Assembly (NCBI RefSeq): GCF_009914755.1 | Contig: NC_060927.1 | Length of the DNA stretch: 64,000 bases | Strand: one strand, 5' to 3' | Source of the DNA: the human T2T-CHM13v2.0 reference genome, Homo sapiens | Shown: piece by piece, positions 1-14,731 of the stretch | Layout: every line of letters starts with the position of its first letter | Numbering within the stretch: position 1 is the stretch's first letter | The notes under the pieces: model-generated | What the model was told of the DNA's origin: nothing | What the model saw: the letters and a program-made list of their open reading frames with translations, nothing else | Databases searched by the model: none | Made by a program: the position numbers and the translations under genes

Positions 1-986
1 GTGGTGTTTGACTGGCATAGACTAGCTATATTCTTAAAGTTTCCTTGCCAGGTTGTTCTTTTCGTGGTGCTTTGTCTAGAAAAAGAAGGCTTTTGTTGGA
101 ACTTTGTCTGCCCTCATTGGTATTTCCAGATTGCTGGCTTTTCCATCTCCATATCTGAGATGTATGAGGCAAAAAGAAATCTCGGGGAACACACCACTGT
201 GTCTATTCATCGGTGCCAAGGTCCCTGGCCAATCTGCCTTTTTCTCCTCCTTTCGGAGTCGTCTTATGTGTGTTTTATATATAATTTCTAGGGTTTTTAG
301 TTGTACTTAGAAGGAGAAACAATGAAAATTATGTCCACTCCATCTTCCCTCTGTGCTGTTTTTTACTTTCCCACCTCTTGCCTTTTTCTCATTTACTTAT
401 TGAAGAGAGGAGGGGTTTTGGTTTTTGTTTGTTTTAAAGAATTTCCAACATTCTGGATTGGATGGTTGTATTCTTTTGTATCACTTAATACATTATTCTA
501 TCTCCTCTGTTACTACAATCTGCTCATTAGAACTAGAGACTTGATTTACTTCAGGTTTAATTCTTTACAAGATTATTTTATGGAAAGTGTTGTAGAGATC
601 TTCACACTAGGAGATGCGAAACATTTAGTCATTTCACTCCTAGGGAGTTTAAGGTTTACATGACTTAAGGATTTGTTTTCTTATTCATTGCATAGTTTCC
701 CATCAACTTTCTCTGATGGTTTTTGTATTCAGTTTTATTTCAGCCATAATAAAAGAGCACACCCTTTTCCCAAACACGTTCTGAACAAATTGATAATAAA
801 ATGAAGTAGTAGCACTGGAGGTCAAGGGTTAAATTGGAAAAGAGCATAAAATAAGATGCAATACCTCCCAAGAGAAAAGAATAGAGCTGAGCCAAGAGTG
901 TCCTTTATCTTTTCCATATTTATTAAGCAGACAAGTCACTCCACCTCTCCTGGAGCAGCATAGCAAAAGAATAAAAGAGGCCAGGA

Positions 987-1210
987 CCAGGCGCAGTGGC
1001 TCATGCCTGTAATCCTACCACTTTGGGAGGCCAAGGTGGGCAGATTGCCTGAGCTCAGGAGTTCAAGACCAACCTGGGCAACACAGTGAAACCCCATTTC
1101 TGCTAAAATACAAAAAATTAGCCAGGCATGATTGCAGTGAGCCGAGATAGCACCACTGCCCTCCAGCCTAGGCAACAGAGCAAGACTCTGTCTCCAAATA
1201 AATAAATAAA
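987..1210 (+). mobile_element. AluS-type SINE with an internal deletion in the right arm
   Basis: Alu left arm and linker, then a jump from GGCATG to ATTGCAGTGAGCCGAG, and an (AAAT)n tail. 17-bp TSD AATAAAAGAGGCCAGGA at 970-986 and 1211-1227. Confidence 0.9.
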
Positions 1211-1364
1211 AATAAAAGAGGCCAGGAGCTACACTAATGGAACTCCTATTGTATGAAGCTAAGAACAGGAGTGGGAAATAGCACTCCTCTCTATGATGAC
1301 ACCAAGAAGAACATCTTTGCTTCATAAAAATCTCCTCTATAATAGTTTAATAAATGGCTGGCAG

Positions 1365-1497
1365 TGGTGACTTTAGTTATTAATACTGTAGTGCTTACTT
1401 GAAATTTGCTAAGTACTAGATCTTAAATGTCCTCACCATATGCACACACATACACAAAAGGGTAACTATGTGTGGTGATGAATGTGTTGCTTAATAT
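1365..1497 (+). mobile_element. Old L1M (L1MA/MB-like) 3' UTR fragment
   Basis: Motifs TACTTGAAATTTGCTAAG..AGATCTTAAATGTCCTCACCA..GGTAACTATGTGTGGTGATG are typical of L1M 3' ends. Confidence 0.65.
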
Positions 1498-2234
1498 GGT
1501 GGAATATAGATATGGCAATAATTGTAAGTATATTTAAAGGCTCGGTATTTCAGAAACCTTGATCAAACATCTAATGACATCTCTGTATCAATATGAATAC
1601 TCAGAGAAGCAAAATGTCTTCTTCAAAGTATCACATCAATTTGAGGGCAGCCAATGCTGGATCTGAAATTCAGTCATCTAATGCCTACTCATTTGCTCCT
1701 TTCCAGCTATACTTTTTCCTGAACAAGTGCAGAGAGGATTGTGTGCCCTCAGGCTAGAGTCCTAAACATTTTATTGCAACACTATGAAGGCAGGGCTTAA
1801 ATCTCTTATTTATTGCTGTATATTCAGCATCTAGTGGAATGAGTGCTCAATAAACATTCTTAGAGGTTTTTTAGATATTAATATATATCCTCCACGAATA
1901 TCATTTTCTACCTCTACACAGAGCATCCTTTATTGAGATTCAATTAAGAACAATTTGTCAGCTCTCTCCCTTTCCCAAAGTCTAGCTATTTATGATAATG
2001 TCTTTCTTTGACTACAGTGTGTAATTTTATGTTTCTTTTATCTCAACCGGTCAGTCTCAGGAACAAGCCTTATAATTCCCTAACCATGGTTAGGTTTTAT
2101 CCTAGAAAAGGAACGAACAATATGTGCTGACTAAGATAAACCAGTTCATGATAGTTAAAAGACCATTCATTGAAATGATAGAATATACAAACATTTGGCA
2201 GAGTTCTTATGTTAAGCCTTTCCATTAATATTTT

Positions 2235-2480
2235 TAGCAGACATTTATGGAGCTCGTACTATGTGTGTGGGACTGTGTTAAATGCTGTACATTGATTTTT
2301 CTCATCAAAACACCATAGCAATCCTATGAGTTAGTTGTTTTTATTTCCTCCTCTTTTAAAAGATAAAAACTGGGATGTAGAGATGTTACATAACTTGTCC
2401 AAGGAAGCATAGCCATGGTGTTGAGGCTGGATTCAATTTTAGATTTTTCCAACTAGAAAGAAGAGCTCTTACCCTCTATT
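2235..2480 (-). mobile_element. MIR SINE
   Basis: ACATTTATGGAGCTCGTACTATGTG ... GATGTTACATAACTTGTCCAAGG resembles the MIR core. Confidence 0.6.
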
Positions 2481-4153
2481 CAGACCTATATTTGAATTTA
2501 ATAGTTTAGGAGGCATGCTTGAGGTGGAAAAACCATGAGATTCCAATTTAAGAAGACCCCATGGCCTCAGCTCTTACAACTACAGTTTTATGACCTAATA
2601 CAAACTATGCTTACAAACTTCAGTCATCTACCCTACTTTCTCAATTTTTTCACTGTATTGATACCTCCTGTACTATTATTTACTTAATATTCACTAGATA
2701 TCCTTCTTTAAGAAGATGGCTCTGAAAATAAGTCTAATGAAGATAATAGCATTAAATTCTTCCCAAATACTCCACAATGCTTTGAACAGGACTATTATTT
2801 TCCCTCTTCTCCTTCCCGCCCTGCTTCCTTCCTTTCTCTTTCAGAGGTTAGCAAGTGTTACGGAGGTATTAAGGACATGGTGGCACCAAACTGAGACTTT
2901 CTTCTTGATGTACTAAAAAACATTTAAAAAATAATTGATAAGGGAGTAATTTTCCGATGGTGTGATTCAATGTGATTTAATATTGTACATCACCTAATAT
3001 CACCTCTCATTTTAAGTATGTGCTCCACAATTTGAGATTCACTGGCTTGAACTCTGAGCATTTTTGTGAAAATCTAATGAAACAATGGATATGAACTCAC
3101 TCAGCAAACTGGAAAGTTCTTTTGCAACTCTTCCCTTTGGACTAAAGAAACATCAATCCATAACCTGGCTGTAACATTAATAGCACCTCTAGCTGTTCTC
3201 CCTCCTAAAACTAATTTAGTTTTTTTCCAGTACTAACTAGAAAATGTTTAGTAGCTGAGGACTGAAGGTATATAAACTTTATGTGAGGTCAGGTGGAAGA
3301 GAAATCACTGGTTACATATGTGAGGAAACACGTACAGTATGCTGTTTACGCTTCTGATGATGGGGGCTGTCAACAGCTCTTTATGTAACACATACCAATG
3401 TGCTGTGGACTCTATTGAGACAAAACAAATGGGGGTTCTAACCTCAGAGAGCTAAAAGTTTTGCATAGACTATCAAAGCTAAGACTCAAGGCCAAGTGTT
3501 AGTCTTGTCAAGACCTTGCTAGAAAAGTGTTGAATTACATTTGGGTAATTCTGAATAGCTAGATGTTTATTCATCTTTATTTTATCTCCTGCAACACAAA
3601 CTGGGTCCCAGTAATGCATCAAGTACTATGGTCAGTGCTAATTATTTTGGTAGCACTCAGCTGACATATAGAGTGCTAACTACAAATGAGGGTCCATGGG
3701 CGTCAGCATCACACCCTCCTCACAACTGTCTGTAATTAATCCTTATTCTATAGAAAGGAAATGGAGGCACAGAGAATGCACATGCTAACTGGTCAAGTGA
3801 GTTTTGAACCCTGCTTCAATTGACCCCACAATCTTGGCTGTAGCTACTGAGCCTTATTGTCTTACTCCAAACACAAAGAAATAAATGTATTCTACTCTGT
3901 AGGAGTTCCCCTGTTCTATTGCCGCCTGCCATCTTAGAAGGCATGGGCAGTGCCAAGTTCTGGAGTAATGAAAAGGTGTCTGCCTTCCTCATCAACAAGC
4001 TTTGTTGGAATTGTTCAGATGGCATTCTTAATGTTCCCGAAACCTGCTTTGTGTTTGTTTAATTATAATATAGTCTGGCACTTTGACATTTAATTTTCTT
4101 GTTTGGTTGTAATTATCTTCCATGAGAGTAAGAGCAGAGTTGGATTATATTTA

Positions 4154-4188
4154 CTTCCTTCCTTCCTTCCTTCCTTCCTTCCTTCCTT
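4154..4188. repeat. (TTCC)n microsatellite
   Basis: About 8 tandem TTCC units. Confidence 0.95.
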
Positions 4189-5411
4189 TCTTTATTTTCC
4201 CTCCTTAGCACACAAATCTGATCATGACTCACTAGGTTTTGATGAGCCTCAGTTCTGGGTGAATGACCTCAGATCAGCCTCCAGGGGAGGAGCTGTGCCT
4301 CCAGCCCGGGTCAGCCTGGTGGGAGCCAGTGAGGCTGCTCAGGCACCTCGCAGAGCAAAGAGCAGCATGGCACTGCTGTAGGTCAGCACAGAAAGCACGC
4401 TGCCTCCCTCAGCGGCTAATGGTGTGGCTCAGGTCAGAGGAAAGCCTCACCAAGACAGTGGGGACTCTGCTGAGTGGCCTCTGCTCTTCTTTCCAGATAA
4501 TTAGGATATTTCAAAACAAATGGCAGTGATCTCTCAAGAATCTCATTTCTCTGGGATCAGTTTGTTATTTGGCTTCGTAGTCTTATCAGGAAAATTGCCT
4601 TCTCTTGAATCAGGACTATCCTTTAATAGATGATACAATGTTTCAAAGAGCAAAAGTGTCTTCCACTGACATACAATGTTTATGCTCACATAATGATCTA
4701 GCTTGATCGCCACAACAACCCCATAAGAGTTTTCTATAATTTAGTTATTTGCATATGACCATTACAATTTTCACCATATCCATTCTTATATCCAAATATA
4801 TAACTCAATATTTTTCTTTCAATCACTCTATTTAAATAAAGGTAAGTGTTTTACCATACAGTTATGTCAGAATTCCACAATGTTTAGAAGGGAGGGTAAA
4901 AATCTGTGAGGTCCGTAAATGGACCTCATATCTCTTAACCTTTAGAATTTTCCACTGGCATGTCTGTCTTAATGACCTCAAAATGCCACTAGTTTCTGTA
5001 GCCCCTACCTCTTTTGATACTTGAGTTTACTGCTATCTAAAGAGAACCTTAGCACCATTATGATCCTATGTGATTGAAACAACTTAAAATGTACTTTTCT
5101 AAGTTTTTTACATCTCTTCAGCAGCCAAAACAAAAAATCCTCTTTCAGAATTTGGAAAATGGGTAGTGAAAGGCAGAGTGGGAAAGAATATAGGAACACT
5201 CAGTCATAGCTACAGAGGTCAAGTTGAACCACTTAACCACTGGTGATTCATCCTTCTAGGCCAAAAGAATAAGTGAGGGAAATAGCAAGAAAGGCATTAT
5301 GTGGTGGAGGCTATTGAGGGTATTTGGAATTTGAGATAAGAGGTTACAAAGCAGCCTTGGAGTGCGGGAGAATTGGGTGGCGGAGGGACAAAGCTACTGA
5401 GACCGACTGCT

Positions 5412-5875
5412 ATGTGGCACAGGTTGGGTTGCCTAGGAAGCCAACCCTCAGTTAGAGACCAGACTGAAGAAATGGATCAGAGAAAACTTGGATCATTGGA
5501 TCAACACCTGGGGAGGGCAAAGGGATGGGAGCAGGCTGGGGCAGAGGAAGAAGGTGAGCCACAGCATAGTCACAGGAAAGATAGCAGCTGAGCGGACCCT
5601 GCAGGGAGTTCTAAAGGCAGGATGACCCTCAGAGCTGTTTCCAGCTGGGGCGAGGGGCCTGAACTTGGGTACCCATTATCAGTTACTGAATGTGGGTTGT
5701 CCGAGGAAGAGTGAGTGACTTTGAGTGAGGCAGCCCTCCTCAACTAAGGTGACTCCTGAAGGAGCTGATGGCAGAGCATTCCCAGCAAGCAGTGTGACCA
5801 GAAGCTAAGATAATATGTCCTTTATTCCTGAATTCCTGAGGGATATCTGGAAGGCATATCACAGCATCCCCTATC
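5412..5875 (-). mobile_element. ERVL LTR16-family solo LTR
   Basis: Begins TGTGGCACAGGTTGGGTTGCCTAGGAAGC and ends CATATCACAGCATCCCCTA, consistent with reverse-complement LTR16-type termini. Confidence 0.55.
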
Positions 5876-5881
5876 CTGTGA

Positions 5882-6295
<414 letters not shown>

Positions 6296-6727
6296 GGAGT
6301 TCCTTTTTAAACAATATTTTTAAGTGGTGCATTTAAAGTAAGAGTGTGCAGAGACCAAGCCACATGAGGCCCCAGAAATTATTAGATTTATACCCAGAAA
6401 GTTAATATTAGGCTTCCAAAGCCCTTAATTGATACTTGCTCACACAACACAAATTCCCATAAACAGGAAAAAAATGAGATGGGGAAAAGTGGCTTTTGTT
6501 ATATTTTCATAAAACAGTCATGCTGACTTCCAAAATTAGATCTTTTTGGACTCTGCATAAGGAGATTTAGAGTTTTGGCCACATCTGGATTTTATTTTTA
6601 TCGAATTTTGATCAGCAAGAGTAAAAGTAGTGATCCGTTTGGAGTTGCAGTCAGATAAATTAGGAATAAAAGAATGTGCTTTAATGAGCCTGCTCTTGTG
6701 CGTAATGCATTATGTAACAGTATATTG

Positions 6728-6788
6728 TAACAAACTTGCACATCCTGCACATGTACCCCAGAACTTAAAAGTTGATAAAAAATAAATA
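6728..6788 (+). mobile_element. Very 5'-truncated L1PA 3' tip
   Basis: TGTAACAAACTTGCACATCCTGCACATGTACCCCAGAACTTAAAA followed by an A-rich tail, with AGTATATT on both sides (TSD-like). Confidence 0.8.
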
Positions 6789-8224
6789 GTATATTTGAGT
6801 GGATGGAATAAATCAAGTAAACAAAATCTACCTTAAGCATAAAAAATACCAAAACCAACACCTTAAGTGCAAAAAAGTGGGGAAAGAAGGAATTGTTAGG
6901 GTCAACGTATCTGCAGCACAGTCTAAAATGATGTTGTCACATTGGCTTCTTTCTCAGGCAGGCTCTCCCAACGATGGAAAGTGGCAAACTTATCATCCCA
7001 GATTCAGTTCTGAGCAGAAAGGTGTCTCTCTTACCAGTAATTCCAGCCAGCTCTGTGAGACTGATACTCTTTGGTTTTTATTGGCTCACTTGAGTCTTAT
7101 GCCCATCCCTGAACCAATCACTGAGGTTGGCAGGTAAGGTATCTGCATTGACCACGTGGGTATTATGTGCCCACCCTGAAGCTGAGACACCCCATCAGCC
7201 CCTTTGTAACCACGAAGATTGAAAATCCAGTAGGGGTGATTCCCGAGGGAAAATCAACATGCTGCCACCATAAAATGGATAAACGAATGTCAAGAACACC
7301 TGGCATGTACTATCTTTTCAGACCAAGGTGAAAATTCTCCCTCTGCCACTTTTATTTGGAAAGTTATTTCTATTCTCTTTCTTTCACTGTTCTCACATAT
7401 AAAGTGGAGCAGATGATTCTGACTTTGCAGGATTGTTGTGAGGATAGTTGTTAATGTATAAATAAAAGCTCTTTGGACTATAGGAGGTGCTCATTAACTA
7501 AAAACTATCATTGTAGTTAATAGCAAGCCCACTCTGGGCTCTGTGCTGGTGTTTCCACAAGTATTAATTCACTTCAGTTAGAAACCTATGAAAGCCTTTA
7601 AATTGGACCAAGCATCAAATGACTTCCACCTTTTCACAGGATATTTAATATTATCCTAGCACCATGAAGAGAAAACCACGTGAAATCTCAGCATTCTTAC
7701 CCTGCACACAAATTGGGAACAAGAAAATCATTCTGTCTCTAAGGATCATGATAAACAAATGTGCCTGTTGCCTATTTTTAAATTTTAATCCAAAGATGGA
7801 ACAGAAATAGAATTCTTCAGGGTACATTTAGCAAGCCCAAATAGCAAGAACACACCCTCTAAATGGTACCCAGGTGGCTGTTAAGTACATCAAAGGCAGG
7901 GAACCCAGGAAAGGAGGAATGAATGTGAAATTCAAGTGTGATGCCTTTTGATGTGAGCCACTGAAAGGTTAGAGATAAATGAGAGTGTACACCTAACAGA
8001 AAGGGATCTGAGCTGACCCCTAAAAGAAGATAGGGTGTCATCACCAACTGCTTCCTGAGGACACACATCTCATCTGCTATTGTGGGGATGCAATGCCAAT
8101 AGTACCATGTGAGACGAAATAGAGCCCGTTGTGCATCTTATGGTCAGACAGACCTGGATATGCATCCTGTTGTGTGAACTTGGGAAAAACGTTTAATTCC
8201 TAGGGCTTCGGGTTCCCCATTCCT

Positions 8225-8592
8225 TCACACATTCCCAGTAATGCTCTGGCTCCAGGCTAACCGATTATTTTTTTTAACTGTCTTAAAAATGCACCCCTCC
8301 TCGGGGCCTTCCCCCACATTGTTCCTTTGGCCTGGAATGCTCATCTCTAACTTCTCTGGCTACTCAGCCAAGGCCTCCTCCTTCCTGGAAGTTGTCTCTG
8401 CTTTCCTGTATTCATTGCACCTTCATAGCCCACTCAACTCCTCCAGAGCCCTCCGCGCTCTTCTTTGCATCTGTTGTTAGACCATCAGCCCCATGCAGCT
8501 GGAAATCACTCCGACTATGATCCCAGCTGGATACCCAATGCCAAGAATAGTGCAGGGCTGTAGTAAGTCCTCAATATTTGTTGAATGAATTA
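8225..8592 (+). mobile_element. L2 3' end
   Basis: GGGCCTTCCCCCACATTGTTCCTTTGGCCTGGAATGC ... CTCAATATTTGTTGAATGAAT, the L2 terminus. Confidence 0.65.
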
Positions 8593-11064
8593 GTCATCAT
8601 CAAAATAAGGTATACTGGGTTTCATCATGACTCAATTCCTTCTTAATAATAATCTTTGGCCTGTTTATACAGGAAGACATCTAGGGATAGCTCTTCCTGG
8701 AAATCTCTCTATCTTTATTCAGGGCCTTAGCCAGGCTTGAGAATGGAGCTATCTACCACTCATCCTTCCTGGTCCCTTCCTGGGGGCCCACTCACCCTAG
8801 ACCACTGCAGAATCTGCCTCAGTGTGACATAGGAAGTCCATAAAATTTGCACCAATGTGTCTCTGTGACTCTAAGTCTCATATAGCCATTTATTTTGGCT
8901 TCCAAAGGATGTTCGTATCTTAGTCAAGTAATGGGCATCCACTGAGCATCAACTTTGTGCCTTTCCCTGGATGAAGGAATCTATAATCACCATTGTCTGA
9001 ACTGGAAAAGTTATCTTTCTGAATGTCATTTGTGTCAATAGCACCATAAGCATCCACTACCATATTGTGTGTGCTGCATACCAATCATTGCTAACACCTA
9101 TGAGAATTATGTGCCACACACACAAAATATATACATGTATGATACATACCTATTGACCCAATTGTCATAGGTATGATACATACTATACTCAATATCCATA
9201 GGTATAATACATACCTATTGATGACAACCCTATAAGATTGGCAGAATTATTACCTCTCATAAAAATGAGAAAATTGAGACAAAGGAAGATTTTGCTGGCT
9301 ATGATCATATAGGAAGATAGTGGCAGACTGAGAGGTGGACCCAGATGACTGGGTTTGGAGTCTGCTCACTTAACTCCTGTGCTAACCCCATTTTACAGAA
9401 GAGGACACTGAGCTGATGAAAGTAATTGTATGTACCCGATGTCTCGTGGCTAGTAAACAGCAGAAGCAAAATAATAATTCAGATGTGCTTTACTCTAGTG
9501 ATTTCTTTCTTAATGACCAGATCCCATTGCCCCTTCCTAAGCTGCGCAACCTCTTCTCAGACATGAGCAGTGAGCCAGCATTCTAGGTGTGAGCTTGTAT
9601 ATAAGTAATCTTCAACTCTATTAGGACTAGCAACTCCACCGCCTAACTAAAATACATTATCAATAATTAATATTTGTGTAACGATACATTTATTATAGAA
9701 AAGAGAAAACATGAGAATCAGTCCCAGAAATGGCACCACATATCCTTCCTTCTTTAATGTCATGCATTAGTATACTCAAAGTGGAATATTAGGTTGCCTA
9801 ATTCCAGGCAGTAAGAGTGAGGTTTTCAGAAATGCTACTTCTCTCTGGTTTCAGAGGCAAAAGTCAAATAGATTCTCAGGTTACGCCATTGTACACAAAC
9901 TCTTCAAATTATCATTTTCTGTCCCACATTTGCCAAAAAAAGGAATGACCATACACGCAAAAGAACCTCTAAAATAAGGCTACTCATAATCCTTGACAGC
10001 TAGTGTGTGTGTGCATTTTTTTATGGAATTTTGTTATCTTTCTCACCCACCTGAGTATCACCTGGGAAATAGAGCTGCATCCTCATAAGGCTGCTGTGAG
10101 AATCCAGGGAGATAATGTATGGGGAAGGTACTTTGAAAACTGCAAAGTGCTGAACACACAGAAAGCAGTATTGTCATTATCGTCCCTGGAATTCGGTTAT
10201 ACTCCAGATGCCTGGTGGTTCAGCCTTAATATCCAGCCCAAAGGGAAACTGTCATTTTTTTTCCAGAAGGTGGTAATGAGCTAGGCCTCCATTTCTTACC
10301 GGATAATGCTATAACTCAGTAAGACACATTTTCTTTTTTATTATTATTATTATAGTTAACTTTTGTTTATACAAGTGATTTTTGGATAAATTATTTTTGG
10401 AAAAAAACTGCACTGAAGGCTCAAAGGTAAATCTCTAGTTTTCTCAATTCATGCCCTGATTCCCACCTGCCTGCCTTCCTCAGGGGCAAGGAACATACTC
10501 ATTCTAGTAGTGTATTATGATTCTTCTATATGTATTTTCCCATTTCTGTACATACCTATGGCCGTGGAAAACTAAATGGTGTGGATGGGAGTCTCAAACA
10601 CACATGATAGCATTCCCTAACAATTGTTCTACAACTTGGACTCAACAATAAGTCACTGAAAAATATATTTTCTTTATGTGCTTGTTACTTACACACCTAA
10701 AGCACTCATTGAAAAAGTTGCATGGTATTGCACAGAATCAAACACACCAAAACTTATTTTCTCTCTTCCCCCAATGATGAATATCTAAGATATTTTACTT
10801 TTTTCCTGTATTACAAATAAGGCTTAAAAAACAGTCTCATACATGTCTCATTGTGCATGTATGTGAGGGTTATTCTAGGGTAAATACTAAAAAGTACAAT
10901 TAGTGAATCACAGAGTACATAGGTCTCCAAAGTAGCTGCTTATTTTGTATGTATTCTTTTCATTAGTGTTGGACTGTTGGAGAATGACTATTTCATTTTC
11001 CTTCTTGTTTTCCCTTCCTTCCTTCCTTTCTTCCTTTCCTTCCTTCCTTCTTTCTTTCTTCTCT

Positions 11065-11371
11065 TTTTTTTTTTTTTTTTTTTGACAGTGTCTTGCTCTG
11101 TCACCATGGCTGGAGTGCAGTAATGTGATCATGGCTCACTGCAGCCTTGACCTCCTGGGCTCAAGCCATTCTCCCACCTGAGCCTTGTGAGAAGCTGGGA
11201 CTGCAGGTGTGCTCCACCACACTTGGCCAATATCTTTTGTTTGTTTGTTTTGTTTTGTAAAGACAGGGGTCTTGCTGTGTTGCTCAGGGTGGTCTTGAGC
11301 TCCGTGCCTCAAGCAATCCTCCCACCTCAGCCTCTCAAAGCACTGGGATTACAGGTGTGAGCCGCAGTGGC
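11065..11371 (-). mobile_element. AluJ nested in an old L1M fragment (about 10330-11600, - strand)
   Basis: ATCATGGCTCACTGCAGCCTTGACCTCCTGGGCTCAAG and CTCAAGCAATCCTCCCACCTCAGCC are J-type. A T/TTCC-rich tail lies at 11000-11083. Confidence 0.88.
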
Positions 11372-14300
11372 TTGTTTCTCGATATTGTTATGGAACTTTT
11401 GTCAAACTTCATGTTTGTTAATCTAGTGAATAATAAATGGTATTCTCTTGCTGCCTCGTTGTTGGAGAGACATTTCTGTTTATATCTTTTGTCTACTGAA
11501 CATTTTCTTTTTGTTATTGACTTGTAGTAGTTATTTACATGCTGTACTCACTTTTATTACAAATATTTTATAAGCAGATATATTTCAAATCTATTTTCCC
11601 TGTCAGAATGTAATCTCCCAAGGTCAGAATTATATTTATTTTAGCCAATACTTCCCCCCTACCAGGTGGTAGCACTAATATATAGTAGGTACAGAATAAA
11701 TATTTGCTCCACTTCCAAATGAGCTTTGGAATAGGACAGACCTGAATTCAAATCTTAGCTCTTATCCTTTCTTACCTATGTGACCTTGAACAAGTCTCTT
11801 AACCTCTTTTAATCTAACTTTCCTTGACTATAATACATTTTTTAGTTCTATTTTCTGCTCATTCTTTCTTTTTAAGATGATATCAGAGCCTAACTTTAAC
11901 CTTACTCACTCTAATCCAGAAATTGTTGTAAATTAAATCTGATTTTGGCTCTTCCAAGGGATTATTACTAGAAAAATCAGACAGCTCCACTCACAATGGG
12001 GCTGTCCTGGTTTGGTCCCTGAGCACAGACATTAAATGAAACTCTAAATGTACTTAACATTTTGTATTTGCTTTCTTAAGAATCTGGCAATTGCATCTGT
12101 ATTTTTTTTTCCTTCAAAATGGCAAAATCTGTTACCTTTTCAGCAAATAGCTCTCAACTTTTCTAGATCAGAGGCGTCATTCAGCTTTCTTCCAAAGAAA
12201 AAATGCTCCCCAGATATCCCTAAGCAGTAAGTATGCTAACTTGCTGTAGGCCACACTGCCAAGATATAACCATACAAAGCTAAAACATTGAGTCTCATTT
12301 GATTCAGAATCATTTCTCCAGAATTTTAGCTCTGAGGGAATATAAATATGTTCAGAGAAGCAAAAGTACCTTAAGCAATTATTCTTTTAGAAAATTTTCT
12401 CACTAAAAGCAAATATTAACTACTAAAGGAATACTGAGTATTAGTATCAGATAAGGTTTGCAATTATCTCATATTTATAGGGCATAATTTATCTAATGAA
12501 ATCTTCAGTATAAACAGATACATCCATCAAAATAGACTTATTATGCATCTACTAATATATACCACCCTATGAAAAGCAGCGTGCTCCCTTAACTCACACA
12601 GGGTAGATATTAATAGGTTTAAAAGCCCTAAAACAGACTTACTTCAGGGCCTGACTACTGATCATTAAACAATTCCAGTGTTTTAGGAAAAAAAAACTTA
12701 CCAGTTGCTAGTTTCTGGCTCCAGTTTCCATGTTTTTCAGGGAGAAAGCTGTTGGATAGCTATTCTTCTCTGCCTAAACCAAAAGGTTATTGGAAATAAT
12801 ATTACCAAATGCAATTTACACATTGATTCTTGCCTCTATTGAATTATTCCTTATAAGAAATCTTGAGAAGTAGAAATAAATCTTTTTATGACTCTTTATG
12901 TGAATTTATCCTACTGATTTTCCAGAAGGGTTCCACACATTTTCAGTGTGGCTGGCAAAATACGTGTAGTAATAATAACAGTAACAAAAATGCTAGCTTC
13001 TGTTTATTCAGTAATTGCTGTGTGCCAGGCACTGTGCTAAGCACTTTATACACAGTATCCTACCTGAAACTCATAACAATCCTGTGAGGAAAATACTATA
13101 ATTATATATATTTTCAAATGGACATGATGAGGTTCAGAGAATCAGAGAGGCTAAGTAAGATACCTAAGGTCACACAGCTCACCTTACCTGTGCTAGTGCT
13201 GTCTTCCCATTACATGTGAGGTAATAGTAATAACTAGCTATGATAGATAACAAACCTTGAATGTTTAATATATGCCAAGTATTGTACGTATATACATATT
13301 ATATATATGTTAGCTATTTCAGTGTACGTAGCTTTATCACTGTAACTTTATCTGCATTGAGGATCATACTTAAATGTTCTTTTTTTTTTCTCATCTGGTG
13401 GATACAAAGTCATTCCTTGGAATTTTACATTTTTCCTTTTTTGAGGGATTTAAAAGTTCTAAAACATTCCATTTTACTTAATCTCTTTACCTCAAATTCC
13501 TCATTTCTTTTGAAGATTAAATGAATAAGAACATGGAAAGGATTCAAAGCAATGGTTAGCCCATAGAAAGCAGCCTAATCATGTTAGCTATTACCTAATA
13601 ATAACCACACAGGCACAACCAACATCCATGGTTGAACTCTTGACCAGACAGAAAACAGCTACGACGTGTTATAAACTTATTTCCTTGGAGTGATTACCCC
13701 TGCACATTGCATAGTCTTTTGTATGATATCCGCTCCACAATTAATTCTGGAGTTGGTATGCCCTCACTATAAAAGGACTCTCTAATTGCCCTTCAAATCA
13801 GTGATTCATCCATATCACAAGGTTCCTCAAGATCTTGCTTCTTGGAAAAGCTATTAGCCTAAAAATGAAACTTCAAGAGCTCCGTTTCTGACAAAATGAG
13901 TTTTGTAGAAGTGAAACCTGAGGAAGAAGATTATAAAATCAACTCTGTGAGCAAGTCAATATCCCATGTCTAGGGGGAGGAAGGAGGGGAGAAGTTTTCA
14001 GTCGCTCCTTCCCAAGACATCCTAAATCAGTATCCCTTTCAGAAATAGTATTAGTTCAGGTATCACCTCTTTTTTAGCCAACATCTTCAGCTGCCAGATT
14101 GACAACATCCTTTTTCTTAACATGTCAAGAACACTCCTGGATAAATCTCTGGACTATCAGGTCTTTAGTTTGAAAAGATGTATGATGGAGGCCCGAGGTC
14201 TTCCTTCAGCTCAGGGACCATCAATACTTAAAATCTGACATAGATGCAAACTGGAGCATTTAAATATTTCATACCTGCATTTTCTTTTGTTTTATTTCCT

Positions 14301-14388
14301 GAGAGAACTCTCTGCCTATAACTTCAGGCTTCTTGAGTACTAGACAGAATAAGAGGGAACAGCCTAAAACTTTAAAAACATTAACATT

Positions 14389-14731
<343 letters not shown>

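Noticed and set aside
936-1325. 129-aa ORF and similar Alu-overlapping ORFs (5929, 33949, 38498, 43441, 54333, 54457)
   Set aside because: These are typical Alu-translation peptides, not genes.
12167-12226. 60-nt exon-like segment (TTTTCTAG ... GCA|GTAAGT)
   Set aside because: It has an in-frame TAA in phase 0 and no similarity to synaptoporin, and such splice-site pairs are expected by chance in 60 kb.
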